63,244 nucleotides of DNA, filler included, from 14 parts of 14 records of this genome joined end to end with filler, not necessarily neighbours in it; one strand, 5' to 3'; counted from the whole stretch's first letter, positions 30,650 to 43,519 are shown. Notes: generated from the letters alone by a model not told the origin. Program-made: numbers and translations.

Positions 30650-33323
30650 ATGGTCGCACGCTTCCACACCTCAGCGCACAGCCGGGTCCGACGGCTTTCG
30701 GCCCCACGTGCCGTGCTTGCTGTCGCTTGCTTGGCCGGCGCGGCTATGAATGCTTGTACCTGTATGGGAGCCCCTGCAGCGGTGGTGCTGTCTGTGCAGG
30801 CCTCGGTAGGCGTGGACGGCGGCGACATGGCCACAGTCAAGAGTCGCATGCTGTCAGACCTGCTGCCATCGCAGGCGAGTGAAGCCGCGGCCATCAAAGC
30901 AGCACAGACGCTGGCAGCTGAACTCCAGCCGAACGGCACGTGGCCGGATATTGACTATCACGAGTTCCGTCGCGCTGGTTGGCCGATGGTGGAGCATCTG
31001 ACTAGAGTGAGCCAGCTAGCGGCTGCGTGGCGTGGAGGTACCAATGCTAGCAGCGACTCCGAACTGCTGTCTCTGCTGGCAAGCACGAGGCTCGCTCTAG
31101 ACCTGTGGCTGAAGAACGACTGGAAAAATCCGAACTGGTACGACAATGAGATCGGCGTGCCACGGCAGATGGGAGACATTGGGCTGCTGCTTCAGCCAGC
31201 TCTGTCTTCGGAGGAGAGCAACAAGATGGAAGAAATCATGAGTCGGGCAGACTGGAAAGGCTCTGGGACGGATGCGAATCCGAAGTGGACTGGCGCTAAT
31301 TTGCTCGATATGTTGCGCATTCAAATTCACCGCGGACTGTTTGTCAACTCTACTAGCCTGGTAAAGCAGGGCTTCGCGCGTTCGTTTGCAGCAGTGGTCC
31401 ACAAGCACCAGGACGAGGACAGCATTATGGTCGACAATTCGTTTCATCAACACGGCCCGCAGCTGCTGGCAGCGGCATACGGCGCCGTTTTCACATCTGA
31501 CATCCTCGATCTGGCGTGTCTCTCAGCTAGCACAGAATTTCAAATGCCAGCTCCTGCGATTGCCGTTTTCGAAGGTCTCGTGCTTGATGGCCAGGCACGG
31601 ATGTCGCGTGCAGGGACCTGGGACTGGCAGGTGCACGGCCGAGGCATCTCTATCGCATCTGGACTAGAGATAGGATTTAGTGCAGATCGGATGCGCATTT
31701 TTGCCGACCATGTTTCGCCTCGCCGAGGCAATGAGTGGCGGTCTTTCGCTCACCGAATTGATGCAGACGATGCGAGCACTTCAGCAGCAGTAATTGGCAA
31801 CCGTGGCTTCTGGTCCAGCGACTACATGACCCACGGCCAACGCGAATTTCTGTTCACCATTCACATGTTCTCCGCTAGAACAATTCCAGCAGCCTGCGTA
31901 AACGAACAAGGCAAGCACCGTAGTACTCTCAAGCTCCGTCACGCTCCCCCTGACTGACATCCTGCTTGTGCGCACAGGCAAGCTTGACCGACACCTTAGC
32001 GACGGCGGCACCGCGCTGTATAAGACTGGCCACGAGTACGATGGAGTGTTTCCTTGCTGGAACTGGACTCGGCCTCCCGGTACTACCGTTGCGACGGCGG
32101 CGGCTCAGCCTAGCTGCGGCAACGCCAAGCATCATACTACTGCTACGTTTGTGGGCTCCGCATCGGATGGAACACATGGCGTTGCTGTTCAGCAGCTCTT
32201 AGGGCACACAACTGTCGACTCCATCTCGTCCGCGATCGACCGTGGTTTCAACTGCTCAGAGTCAGGAGGTGTCCTAGGCAGCGGCATCTGTTGCATGAAA
32301 TCGTGCGGGCAGTGTTCTGGCAACGGATGCAGCAGCCGCAAAGGTGGTGCTAGAGACTGCTGCAGCAGCGAGATTCATCGTCGCTGCAGTAGCACCGTCG
32401 GTGCCCCCTGCCGTATCGATGGTCAGTCCCCAGGACCAGCCCCGACGCCACACACCGAACCTGACGCGAATGCAAACAAGACATGGCTGCTGTTCGCCAA
32501 TGCGATTATCGCCGCCGGGCGCGCTGAAGTGCCAAAGCTTGGTGGATTGGTGACTTCAGTGGAGCAGACGGTCCTGCAGGGCACAGTATATGTAGGAGAT
32601 GCAGGGTCAATGTCAGTACTCCCCGATGGATCGCTGCATCATGTGGACCTGTCGAAGGGCGGGGCCTGGGTGATGCACGATGGAGTCGGCTACCTATTGC
32701 CACAAACGGCAGGGGCTGTGATGCACGTTAGCAACACCAACAAAACTGGGACTTGGAGCTCGATTGGCGTTGGCAGCGACACGCCTGTAACGAGGGCAGT
32801 GTTCGATCTCTACATCACACACGACGACGAGTACCATTACATGATCTTTCCAAGCAACAACACGGTGGCAACAATGCCAGCAGTACTATCAGCTTCTGGC
32901 GGCTACACTACGGCAGGTGGAGGAGATTCCGGCTTCCGTGCAGGACTCGACCCAAGTGGCAACGTCTTGCTCGGCGCAGTTTGGGCGGATGCAGGTGCCG
33001 CAGTCAATATCGGATGCTGGAGCGTCACTGCGTCACGTGCATCTGTGTTCATACTGCACAAGCTACCAAATAACTCAACGCTTGAGGCGAGCGCAAGTGT
33101 CCCTGGTGCTGACGCGGGAAACCTCATCCTAGTCATCGATGATTCGGGCTGTGAACCAGTCGAGCAAGGCCGTCACACACATCTGCTTGGCCCGCGGCGC
33201 AGTCTTGTTGGGAAGTCGCCTGGGTGCAAGGTAGGTGCAGCAGGTGCGTTGGAGCTCGAGTTTGCACTACCTACAGGAGATTTTAGGGGAAGTAGTGTGT
33301 CCATTGCGTGTACAGTCGTTTGA
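30650..33323 (+). CDS. Second polysaccharide lyase family 8 (2 exons, ~868 aa) with Cys-rich insertion
   Basis: NGTWPDIDY, NPNWYDNEIGVP, TGAN, DNSFHQHG..AYG, GNRGFWSSDY, HLSDG, WNWTRPPGTT, FVGSASDG and WVMHDGVGY. Intron 31911-31977 (GC-AG). Confidence 0.92.
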
Positions 33324-34329
33324 CGATCAAGAAACTGCCGCGACGAAATGAAAGCCGAGTGCATGTCATTCTCACCCGTACTCACTCGTACTCACTCGCA
33401 CGGTTCACCTGTTGCTGGTTCTGCAAACGATATCGTTGACTTGTTGGTATCCCACCTCGGCTCCCCTATGTTCGTGGGGCTGCAATCGCGCGTGAGTGAA
33501 CATGACACCGTCAGCAACTATACCCCCTGGGTCGTCTGCCCAGGCAACTAGCATCTTGCAGCTCGGGTAAGACGCAGAGGCTCCACGTAGTGTAGACACG
33601 GTGCTATGGTAATGCATCGATTGGTTTCATGGCGTATCTTGTTGCCCACGCGTCTTGCGTCGGTAACACAGCGAGCAACGACGCTACAGGTGCTGGGAGC
33701 GATCACAGTGCTCCTACGTGCACCAGCCTCCGCAACTAGTCTTCGCAATTCCACTACAGTCAGCACCCACGGCTGCGATTCATTCCCTGCGTACGTATAA
33801 AATATAGTACTTTAGACAGCACTCAAATTCGTGGCGCTGTCGCTTTGACTCGGACATTGTCGTTGCGCAGCTTCATGAGCTTGAGAGACTCAGATTTGAA
33901 TCGGCAAATGACGAATGTTGAAGGTGCGTCTGTGATTTGTTTCCGGTGTGTGTTGGTTCAGGGTTGCAGTCCCCGTGGTCTCTCCAACAGGCAGGCTGTG
34001 ACGCTCCCGGACTGTAACCGTCGGTGCCGCCTGCCACCACAGCAGAAGGTGGTGTCAGAACTCAGCCGTTCAGATGAAAGCACTAACATACGTCGATGCA
34101 GGTGTCATGCATACCTCCACATAGTCCTTTGCGCTGCAGAATTTTGGACAATCGGTTCACGAACGCTTGCGGCTCCCAAATCTGTGGCAGACGCGACATG
34201 CTGCGTACTCTTGAGCCTCCCTTGCGGTCNNNNNNNNNNNNNNNNNNNNNNNNNNNNNNNNNNNNNNNNNNNNTTAATTAATTAANNNNNNNNNNNNNNN
34301 NNNNNNNNNNNNNNNNNNNNNNNNNNNNN

Positions 34330-37223
34330 GTAGTGGGTGCCGCCGCCGTCGTAGCCGAGCGTTCTGCAGACCGCGTTGGCCTGGTTGTTGTTTGAGTCGA
34401 AGTAGTCGTCACACACAGCGCTCCACTCGCCGTCGTTGACGCGGAACTCCAGCACACCACGGTTGCCTCCGCCGCGGATGCGTACCTCAACGTCACGGCG
34501 CGAGCCATCCATAACCAAAGTGCCCTCGGCGACAGGTGCTGAAGGTACGGCTTGATTCAGCGCCTCTACGTAGGCATTGTCTGTGGCGACGAACACCCGT
34601 GTGTCCGCCGCCGCCGCCAGAAGGCCTGCACGCATACGCGGACGATCATGGGTCCACGTTTGCGGAACAATCCTGACGTGCTTTGCGAACACTGGAGTTT
34701 CAAACCTCGCTTGAATGGGTTCCTGCCAGTTGTCCGACAGTCGGGTTGCCCAGCTTGGATCGGTTAGCACGCACTCTTTGTAGTTGCCACACGGCACATA
34801 GGACCAGTCACCATCTTCTGCCAACTTGTACATGACCTTGAAAGTAGTGACAGCCGAGTCAGACCAGCCAGCCTTGAAAACGATGCCAGCCACCCATCGT
34901 GGGTGGTCCATGTTCAATTGCATCCACTCGTCGGTGGCTGAACTAGGACTCCATGCGTTGCCACCGCCGCCAGAGGCACTCAGCTGACCTTTCGCAAAGT
35001 TCGTTCCAGGGGCCCCACTACCTTCATGGGAACTGGAGTACTCGTGCCCGGAATACGGAACATCGAATGTATACTGAGTAGCGTTCATCGCCACGTCCAG
35101 GTTTGCGCAAGTAAATCCCAACGCAAACCGAGACCCATTCAGCGCTGAGTCTGCCATGTCACCATAGCCAATGAGGTTGAAGTTTTGCGCGCCTCTAGGA
35201 CCAGAACAGTCAGGTCGAAACCACGCTGATACTGTGCGCGCGGCGGCTCCTGCTGGCAGCTCTGTGTTGACAGCTGTGATCTCGTCGTCAAACTGAGCCT
35301 CTTCCTGGCTGCTGAAGGCTAGCGCGTTGCAGCCAGCTGCGAGGCGCTGGCAGCTCGGCTCGTTAGGACCAGCCTGGCGCAACCCTGGCTCAGCAAATAT
35401 CTGAAAGCCAGAGCACTGCCAACCATTGCGTACCCCGGGGGCAACACGTATCTGGTCGATGAACGTCTGCACGCCGAAATCGAACGTGAATGTTGTTTCT
35501 CTGTTGTGATTCCCCATCCAGTACTGGTTATGCTGGTCCGGCTGAGCCGAGCCGTCAAAAAGGTAGCCCATGTAGTAGTTGATGCCACAACAACTGACGG
35601 GATTGTCGGTAGTGAACGTGAAATCGCCCTTGCGGTACACCGTCGAGCCAGTGGCACCACCGGTTCCGCCTGAGAGATCGAGCTTTCGCGCTTCCCGGCT
35701 GGTCGGCATTGACCCGCGCAGGACGCGCTCCCACGGCCCGCTCATTTCATCTGCCACGAACACTTCGAAGTCCTTCACAGACGCCGGAGAGTCGCGGACA
35801 CCACGGATGTATATGCTTGACGCCCAGGTGCAGCGGCAGCGGAAGTGGGGCTCATACGTAATGAACCCTTTGCAGCCATGCGCGTTCGCAGGGCTGCGAA
35901 GCTCGCTTAGGGCTTCAACGGCCCTCGTGTACTCGTCAGACGATATTCCGAAGTCACGGATCGTGTCTTGGAGCATCGACGTTGCTGCCGCTTCTGCACC
36001 GTCAATTGGATATTTGCAGAAGCCCAGGTCGCCGTCGAAAGACTTTGTCTGGAAGTACGCTTCATCTCCTGTCACAGTGTGGGTCGCCGGGAACTCCGGA
36101 TCTGCGTTGCTCCAGGCGTCACTGCCTGGATCGAAGACGTTGCGCGACTGGCTGGTCGTGGCCATGTACATGTTCTGGCTTTGGTCTGCACACACCGCTG
36201 TGGAATCGCATCCGGGGACTTCGCAGTTCCCGAACGCCGCCAACAGTACAAGCAGGTCTGGAACGTCCACGCGCCCGTCGTTGTTCAAATCTGCAAGGAG
36301 GGCCTCGTGCTCGAGCCCAAACGCCGCAAGCATGTGTAGGAGGTCTCCCGTGTCCACGTCGCCGTCGCCGTCGAGGTCGCCTGCGCAGTGGAGAGCCCAC
36401 CAGTCGTCTTTGGCGAATCCATATTCGAAGTCAATCTCGGTCAAGAAGAACTGGTGGCCGTTGGGATGGTCGGTTCTTTCTGCCTGCGGAGGATCTCCTC
36501 CGCTGGTGTACTGGGCGTACGCGGTCAGCTTGTACTGGTGGAAGAAGCGTGGCTGAGCAACGTTGAACTGGACGCACTGCGGAGCGCTTGGCAGGGGGCA
36601 AAACGGACACCGGCCGTTGCCTGCGGGTCCACCCTGGTCGCATCGGTTTTGGTCTAACATCACGTTCCCGTTGCGGCACTCCTCTCCCGTGATCGCGCAC
36701 GTCATCGTCCCGCTGACGCGTTCGTTTTCGTACGGCTGTTGGTCTACCAGTACCCACTCCTGCGTGTCCTCGTCCCAGCCGTGAAAGTCCCACACGCGGG
36801 CGTTGTGAAACCAGTGGTAGCAGCTGTCGTGTGGTATCTGTGGGCACATCGTGTACTGCGTGACCATTGTGCTGGTAGGGAAGTCGAACAGGACGGGGCC
36901 GTCGAACGATGGCCGGTTGCCGTAGGCCCCGTCGTACAGCTGCGCAACAGCCGGGGAGCACACATTCGATAAGGTTGCCGCAGAAGCGCGTTCACTGAGA
37001 CAGGCGAAACAGCCACAAGAGGCGAAACAGGCAGCCTACATCTCCAGGTGCAAAGCCGCCGCCCGTGCCGGCGTTCGAGTAGGCCGAGAAGATTTCGGAA
37101 CCGTCGTCAGCCGTTTTCGCCCCCAGGGCCGTGGACCACGAGCCGGTCGGCGGCGGGCCTCCTTCGTCGGCCTGCAGGTTGCGCCCAAACTGGCTCTGGG
37201 CGTACACCTTGTACTCCCCCGCC
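34330..37223 (-). CDS. Large extracellular mosaic protein (dockerin-like EF pair, F5/8C discoidin-like domains, LamG-like segment, SRCR), partial at both ends
   Basis: GDLDGDGDVDTGDLLHMLAAFG / ADLNNDGRVDVPDLLVLLAAFG (36223-36387). AWSP..DEWMQL..VTTFKVMY..PVFAKHVRIVPQTW..MRAGL. VRIRGG..GVLEF..WSAVCDD..ANAVCRTLGY. Intron 36940-37039. Confidence 0.85.
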
Positions 37224-37754
37224 CTGTCACCACACAGCCATCAGCACATGCGATTCAGAGACAGCTTCGGTCTCGACCATGTGTGTGGTATGTACCGAAG
37301 AGTGTGCACTGTCTACCGCGTGTTTCCCTTGCAAGAGCGCCTTTGACAAGACTGGCGAAAATGATAGAGGGGTCCTTACTTCTCGCCGACCTGCATGTCC
37401 CACTGCTCGGGGGCTGCGCTCAGCCGGCGCTGGTCTCCTGGGTTGCGTGTGGTGCCCATGGGCCTCGACGCGTCCTGCACAAGCGCAACTCATGGTGAGC
37501 AACCGCCCGTCACGACAGGGACGCAGATCTACCACGCCACACTGTGGCTTGGGGGGAGCGCCTGCAAGCTTTGGGGGACTATTCGTCCTCTAGGCTGGCC
37601 TGCCCTCACTCGGTTCCCTCCACACACCCTCCCCCCCCCCCCCCCCCCCCCCCCNNNNNNNNNNNNNNNNNNNNNNNNNNNNNNNNNNNNNNNNNNNNTT
37701 AATTAATTAANNNNNNNNNNNNNNNNNNNNNNNNNNNNNNNNNNNNNNNNNNNN

Positions 37755-40700
37755 TGCATCAGCTATGCCGTCGCCATCGCTGTCTCCCAGGTCGAAGTGA
37801 GTATCGAGATAGTTCGGCGTGCCGTCGCCGTCTGCGTCGGGATAACACGCCGCTGTGCTATCGGGTTCGCATTGCGCCCAATAGCTCGTTCCAGTATCAT
37901 ACAGTCCATTGTAACCCCGAGACACATGATGGTACGGATTGTGTTGTGGATCCCACGATCGAGAGCCTGGAAAGTCGTGTCGCTGCGCCCACAAACCGCC
38001 TTCGAAACGGATTCTGTCGCGGTTCAGCAGGTCCGTATCCACCTCTGCGTTCGGCTGTACGAAGCTGACCCACGTCTGGTTTTCCTCGTATGCATTTTCG
38101 AGGGGCGTCCCCCAGGAGTAGTACCCATCGCCATCCAGGCCAGTACCACGCTCGATTGTCCTGTCACACTTGCGGAACCCACACCCCGATAAACAGTTGG
38201 GGCGGCACCCCGTGGTGTCACGGTGTGCACTGCGTGGGGCAGCTTCGGTGTGTCCTACCGGCAGGTGCGTGGAGCCAGCCTCGCAGCATGCTACGGGTGG
38301 CAGCGGCGCGACCGGGCGCCCTGAGCTATCAAATGACGACAGGTTCAAGCAGCAGATGCCAGGTCCGGAGCCGTCTGCAGTCACACAGCCCGACGGCGCT
38401 CGACCGTAAACACGATACTGAGCCGCTGAGTCACCACCGCATGTGCGATGATATGAAGAGGTCGACCCTGCATCATACGCCTTACTGTCCCCAGAATTGC
38501 AGCCAAAGGGTCTCGAGTGCCGTTTCTCTCCCACTTTGAAGACACCTTGCACCTCACGGAGCTGTGGAAACGACAACGAATCCAAGCCGTTGCTACTCCG
38601 TACGTCCAGATCCCCGCCCACGAACAACAGTTCTGGGAACTTGATGGCTTGTTCGGTGTGTCCAACCTTTACGGTCAACGTACCCTGTACGCGCGACAGA
38701 CTCGGCAGGGCAAGCTGGTTCCCAGTCGAAATGAACAAATCTCCGGCCGCGCGCTGCAATCGAGGCAGGTGCACCAGCACTCCACCAAAGTAAGAGCTCA
38801 CATTTGAACGGACTTCCTCCAGTGATGGCAACCATACACTGGCACCGGAGAACACCGCTCGACCTCCAATGCGTCTGAGCGAGGGAAAGTTCAGATGGGT
38901 GGTATCCCGGGGCAGTATCGGGTACACATGGTCATCTGATTGCCAACTACTTCCAAATGCCTTGGAATTACGAACAACTCTGTAACCGTTAGGCGAGTTC
39001 GAATCCCTGATGTACACTTCGCCCTCAACGGTCTGGAGAGAAGGAAAGTTTATCCAGCTCCAGTCACGAGCTCCGAAGTATTCGTAATCCTCATTTTTCA
39101 CCATGAGCCCGACAGGGGCAAAGCCGATCGTTGGGGCACCTGCAGCTACTGGATCAATCGGGCGTCTATTGGGCTGTATGCCGCTGCCACTGTCGGTTTC
39201 GTAGCAGTACGAGTACGCGGACGTCCCGTATTGTTGTTCAAGATACTGGCACCAGCCGCGGTTTGACGTGCGATGACATCCAAAATGGCCGCAGACGTCG
39301 ACGTGATTCCAGTAGACACCAATGGACGTCAACCTCGAAAAGTCTACCGCATGCAAGTCCGTATTCCTTCCCGACTTGTCGAACAGATGACTACTCGGTC
39401 CCCTCTGCCAAGCATGCATTCTGGGAGGGACGCTTTGCTGGTTCATCTGCAAAGCGCGATTAAATCTGATAGTTTCGAACAGCATACCGCCGCCCATGTG
39501 GGTCAGCGTGGGAAAGGAGATGGTTTGAAGGTCCTTCACTTCGTTGAAATGTATGGAGTGGTCGGTCCAGTGCAGGGCAGGGAACAAGATCTCAGTCGTG
39601 CTCCTCAAATCAAGGAGCAGCACGCTCCCCACGCCGTTGTACTCAGTCTCGTTCTCGGTCGCGCAGATAAAGATCGCGCTGTCGCAGCCAAAGTCTGGTA
39701 GCGCATAGGTTGTCGTCCTGTCTTCGATGTTGTCACCCCATGGAGACTGGACCACGGCCTGGGTAACTGCCTGCGGCGAGGCGCTGCGCGGCCAAGTGCC
39801 ACGGCCACCTAGCGTCCGCAATGCCGGGAACTCGACGCGGTAGTTTGGACAGGATGTGTGCAAATATCCATCATCGGGATGATTCTGCGGATAGCCGGGA
39901 TAGTCCTTTCGATACATCGCGACCTCTCGCGCGGACGGACACCAGCTATTCCTATTGTATCTTCTCGCGAGGTAATTCGAGTCTTCTCGGGAGGTAATTC
40001 GTCGCAGGTACGCCATGTCCTCCAAAGTGCGCTGTTCGAAGCTCAGCACGATCTGGAACTCCACGTGCGCCAGACGCGGGAAAGACATTCTGGGTACCAA
40101 GATCTGGTTGGAAAACTCATCTTGCCAGATTGGGTACCGCTCTTCCTCCGTACCCATGTAGAGCGAACCATGTGGTCCGACCCACAGCGAGTCCGCTGAC
40201 ACCAGTGCCGGAAAGTTGGGGATCGTCTCCGTTCGCCCTGGAACACTTGACTCGACGCGCAGCCGCCCACCCACCACTTCGAGGCTGGGCAGCGTCATGG
40301 TCGGCTCCGGGTCCCAGCCGTCCACGAAGTCGGCAAAGTCTATGAACCAGGCATTGCCGCTGACCGTGCGCAGGGCTGGGAACAGCGCGTCGGCACTGCC
40401 ATGGCTGACATCGATCACCTTTAGATCGCCCTCGACGCGGACCAAGGATGCAAAGGGCGATGTGTTCGGCTGCGATGGGTGGTTGGTGAACGGTCGGTAG
40501 ATCATGTCCTCAAGGTTGCATTCGGGGCACTGGCGGGATAATTGCTCCGCATACGACCTAACGGCCCCAAGGTGACTGATGTCGGGGGTCGCTCGTAGCA
40601 TTGCCGCGGAACGGCACGACTGGTGTGTTTTAGCGCCGTCGACATTGTTAGTATAAACATTCCAGTCGAATCCAGGAACGTCGTCCACAACATCGTCAGG

Positions 40701-42371
40701 AATATGGTCGACTAGATGTGCAAAGCCATGCACGTAGTTTGGTGGGCACCACGACCATGCGGGATTATCGATAGACCACGAGCGGAGGGCACGATCCTGG
40801 GGATTGCGAAACGCATCCTGGGTGCGCTTGCAGCTCTCGTAGTCATGCGGGCGTTGATCTCTACCGCCCGCATCCAAACTGCGCGCACCAGACGTGTCGA
40901 TTCCGTCACGGGACCAGCACTGCGATAAGAGAGCGTAGTGCGGCTGGTGACCGTACTCGTTCGCAGCACCCTCGTAAAGCGGTGTTGTATAGCCTTCGTC
41001 AACGTCGCCGTCTTTTTCGCAGCGCTGATACGGCCGCCCACTTGGATCAAGCAGTACTTCGCCGGTGTTGCGGTCTGTAATGTTGCCGCACGCCAGTGCT
41101 CCATCTGCTGGCCCCCCCAGTCGCAGCTCGCCGCGGACCTCTCTCAGCAACGGTGCATGCACACTCTCGAGGCCACCGACGACAAGAACGAGCCCACCTG
41201 CCGTCTCTAGCGCCGGAAGCCACAAGGTCCTGTTATTCCACGAGGCGGGATTGTCTCCAAAATCCTGTCTCGTGCGTCCGAACCATAGCGTGCCCCCTAC
41301 GTGTTCCAGAGCCGGCAAGCGGAAGCCGGCGTCGGAGACAGCGCCACCAGAAGTGGGCAGAAAGATGCTTCTAACGGCATCATTAATGACGACGGGTGAG
41401 TAGTTATCGTCCGGGCACGCGTATCCCGCTAGCGGGAACGCGCACGAGCGTGGGCCGAACAACGCGTGACCGCCGACTGTGGTGAGGTTCGCGAGCACAG
41501 TCGACGAATCGAGATCGAAGTGGTGTGGGTCGAAGTTGCCGCCCACGCTCCGCAGGGCAGGGAAGTCGAGCTGCACTTCCGAGCGATCCGTCTCGCCTTG
41601 GGCGAAGTGCCCAGACACCTGGCCGGGGCCCTTGGAGATCTCGAAGTCCCCGCCGACCGTCTCCAGCCGAGGGAAGCTCAGGCTCCACGCCCTCTTTTCC
41701 CACTCACTGAAAGTACATTCATCTTCACGCATATCCGTCACACCCCTCGTCCAACTAGAACAGTGATTCTCCGCTTCATGTCGCCATCGTACTGCCCGCT
41801 CTTCGCCGTCCAGCCAGTGGCAAGGTTGGCCACCAGCGAGCCTGCAGTCGTTCGTTTCCGTGTAAGCGTCGGCTGCGTTGGGGTAGAATACTCCTAGCGA
41901 GGGGTTCGCTGGCGGAGTGCCGTGGGCATCGCGACACTGAGCATGCAGCCGCGCAACGTAGTTGTGCAAACGGAAGTGACCTGTGACGCTGCGCAGGGAC
42001 TCCACCGCCTCTCCCAAGCACCCTCCAGAGATCCAGAGCGTCTCGTCACTCGGGCGGTATGCTCGAGACCCACAGAAATCCCACACTCGTTGACCCTGTG
42101 TCCAGTCGGCGGCTGGGAACCACTCGTCGACCGGGAACGGGGTGAACGTATCGGAGTCGGTCCATTGTCCGAGGCGCCGGGTGCATGTGGACCAGTTGCC
42201 CACGACGTCGCCGTCTACGCTCACGCAGCCGTATTCCACCAGCTGGGTCGGACCGCAGGTGCCGGCACACGCCTTGGTCGCCTCGTCCGTGAGGCGGCAG
42301 GGCTCCGTGGTGTGCACCGCTGTCGCAAACGCTACCACAAGGACGACGCACGACAGCGAGCCCGGCGGCAT
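37755..42371 (-). CDS. Very large secreted/surface protein with receptor-L-domain-like repeats and thrombospondin type-3-like Ca-binding motifs, 3' partial
   Basis: Signal peptide from ATG 42371 (MPPGSLSCVVLVVAFATA). Many (F/L)PxLxxVxG repeats. DADGDGTPNYLD..DSDGDGIADA at the contig end. Confidence 0.85.
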
Positions 42372-42823
42372 TGTCGAACCGGCCCCAGCCCGCGCGGGGC
42401 TCAGCCCGCTAGCTGGGATGCGCCGCCGCGCCGGAACAGGCAAGCCGCGGAGGGGATGCTGGTGGCAACTCCTCGAGTGTAGCCTGGCGGCGCTTGCTGC
42501 GGCCTTCCGCTCGCGGGCGGCCCTTCGATTCTGCGGGTCTGCAAAATAGCCCGCAGCTACCAAGCCCCCCGTCAGCGCAGCGCCCAGCCCGTGCTCCTCC
42601 AGCGCCACCCCCCAACAAGCCTAGCTCACTGACCCTCTCCACCACCACCACCGGCAGCAGCACAGCAGCAGCAAGGAACAAATTGCGGAACACGGAAAAA
42701 ATTGCGCGACGCACGTCCGACCGATCACATGCTGTTCCACGGATGTCGAATTGCGTCTAGACGTACTGTCGTGTATTAACACCAATACACGGATAAGCCT
42801 ACCGTGTGGACCGGTACGGTACA

Positions 42824-43272
42824 TCTAAGCTAAGAGGGCCCAAGAGGCCGGAAGTTAGGAAAAGAAACGATTGCCGTAAAATCGCATTTTCATTTAGTTA
42901 CAAACACATTAAAGGTCCATAAATAAAGTCATGAGCCATCGGAAGGCATTGTTTTTGGGTTTTTGTTTTTATCTAAACTAAGCTAAATCTAATTAATGTG
43001 AGCCAATAAGGTATTACGTTGGTGTAAGTTTCGTCGCTCGTAGAAGTCTGACACTTTACACGCCGTGTAAACAAACGTATACACTAATGTGTAGTGCGGA
43101 CTCCGTCCGTGCGGAAAGGTAAAGGTTAGTAAACAATTTGAGGTGAGCGTTTCGTTAGAAATATTTCTAGCGTTTCTAACCTCAATAGTTTTCTATGACC
43201 TTTGACCCCAATACGCTTTTGTGTGGAAACATATTAGGCAAAACCCCTTTCCGTAGGATGGTCGTCCCCTAG
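42824..43272 (+). mobile_element. Candidate non-autonomous Helitron-like element (~449 bp)
   Basis: AT-rich island with no ORF in the track. Begins A|TCTAAGCTAAG and ends with an imperfect hairpin CCTTTCCGTAGGATGG (43246-43261), 7 nt, then CTAG|T. No TSD seen. Confidence 0.55.
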
Positions 43273-43435
43273 TAACTGACGCAGACGCAGACGACACTGA
43301 ATACTGAAAGACGACACTGAATACTGGCATGGGCNNNNNNNNNNNNNNNNNNNNNNNNNNNNNNNNNNNNNNNNNNNNTTAATTAATTAANNNNNNNNNN
43401 NNNNNNNNNNNNNNNNNNNNNNNNNNNNNNNNNNG

Positions 43436-43519
43436 GAGGAGGAGGAGGAGGACAGCGACGACGAAGGAGATGAGGAGGGCAGCGATCGATACGGCGGGAG
43501 AGCCCAAGGCAACGAGTAG
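43436..43519 (+). CDS. Possible acidic C-terminal end of a gene cut by the contig start
   Basis: EEEEEDSDDEGDEEGSDRYGGRAQGNE*. Confidence 0.4.
   Translation, partial: EEEEEDSDDEGDEEGSDRYGGRAQGNE

Noticed and set aside
33330-34229. Possible minus-strand exons here and at 62560-63244
   Set aside because: Splice-like signals exist, but no recognisable product or reliable exon chain could be built, so no gene is called.
37628-37654. Poly-C run
   Set aside because: It sits at a contig end and is likely a homopolymer or poly-G sequencing artefact.
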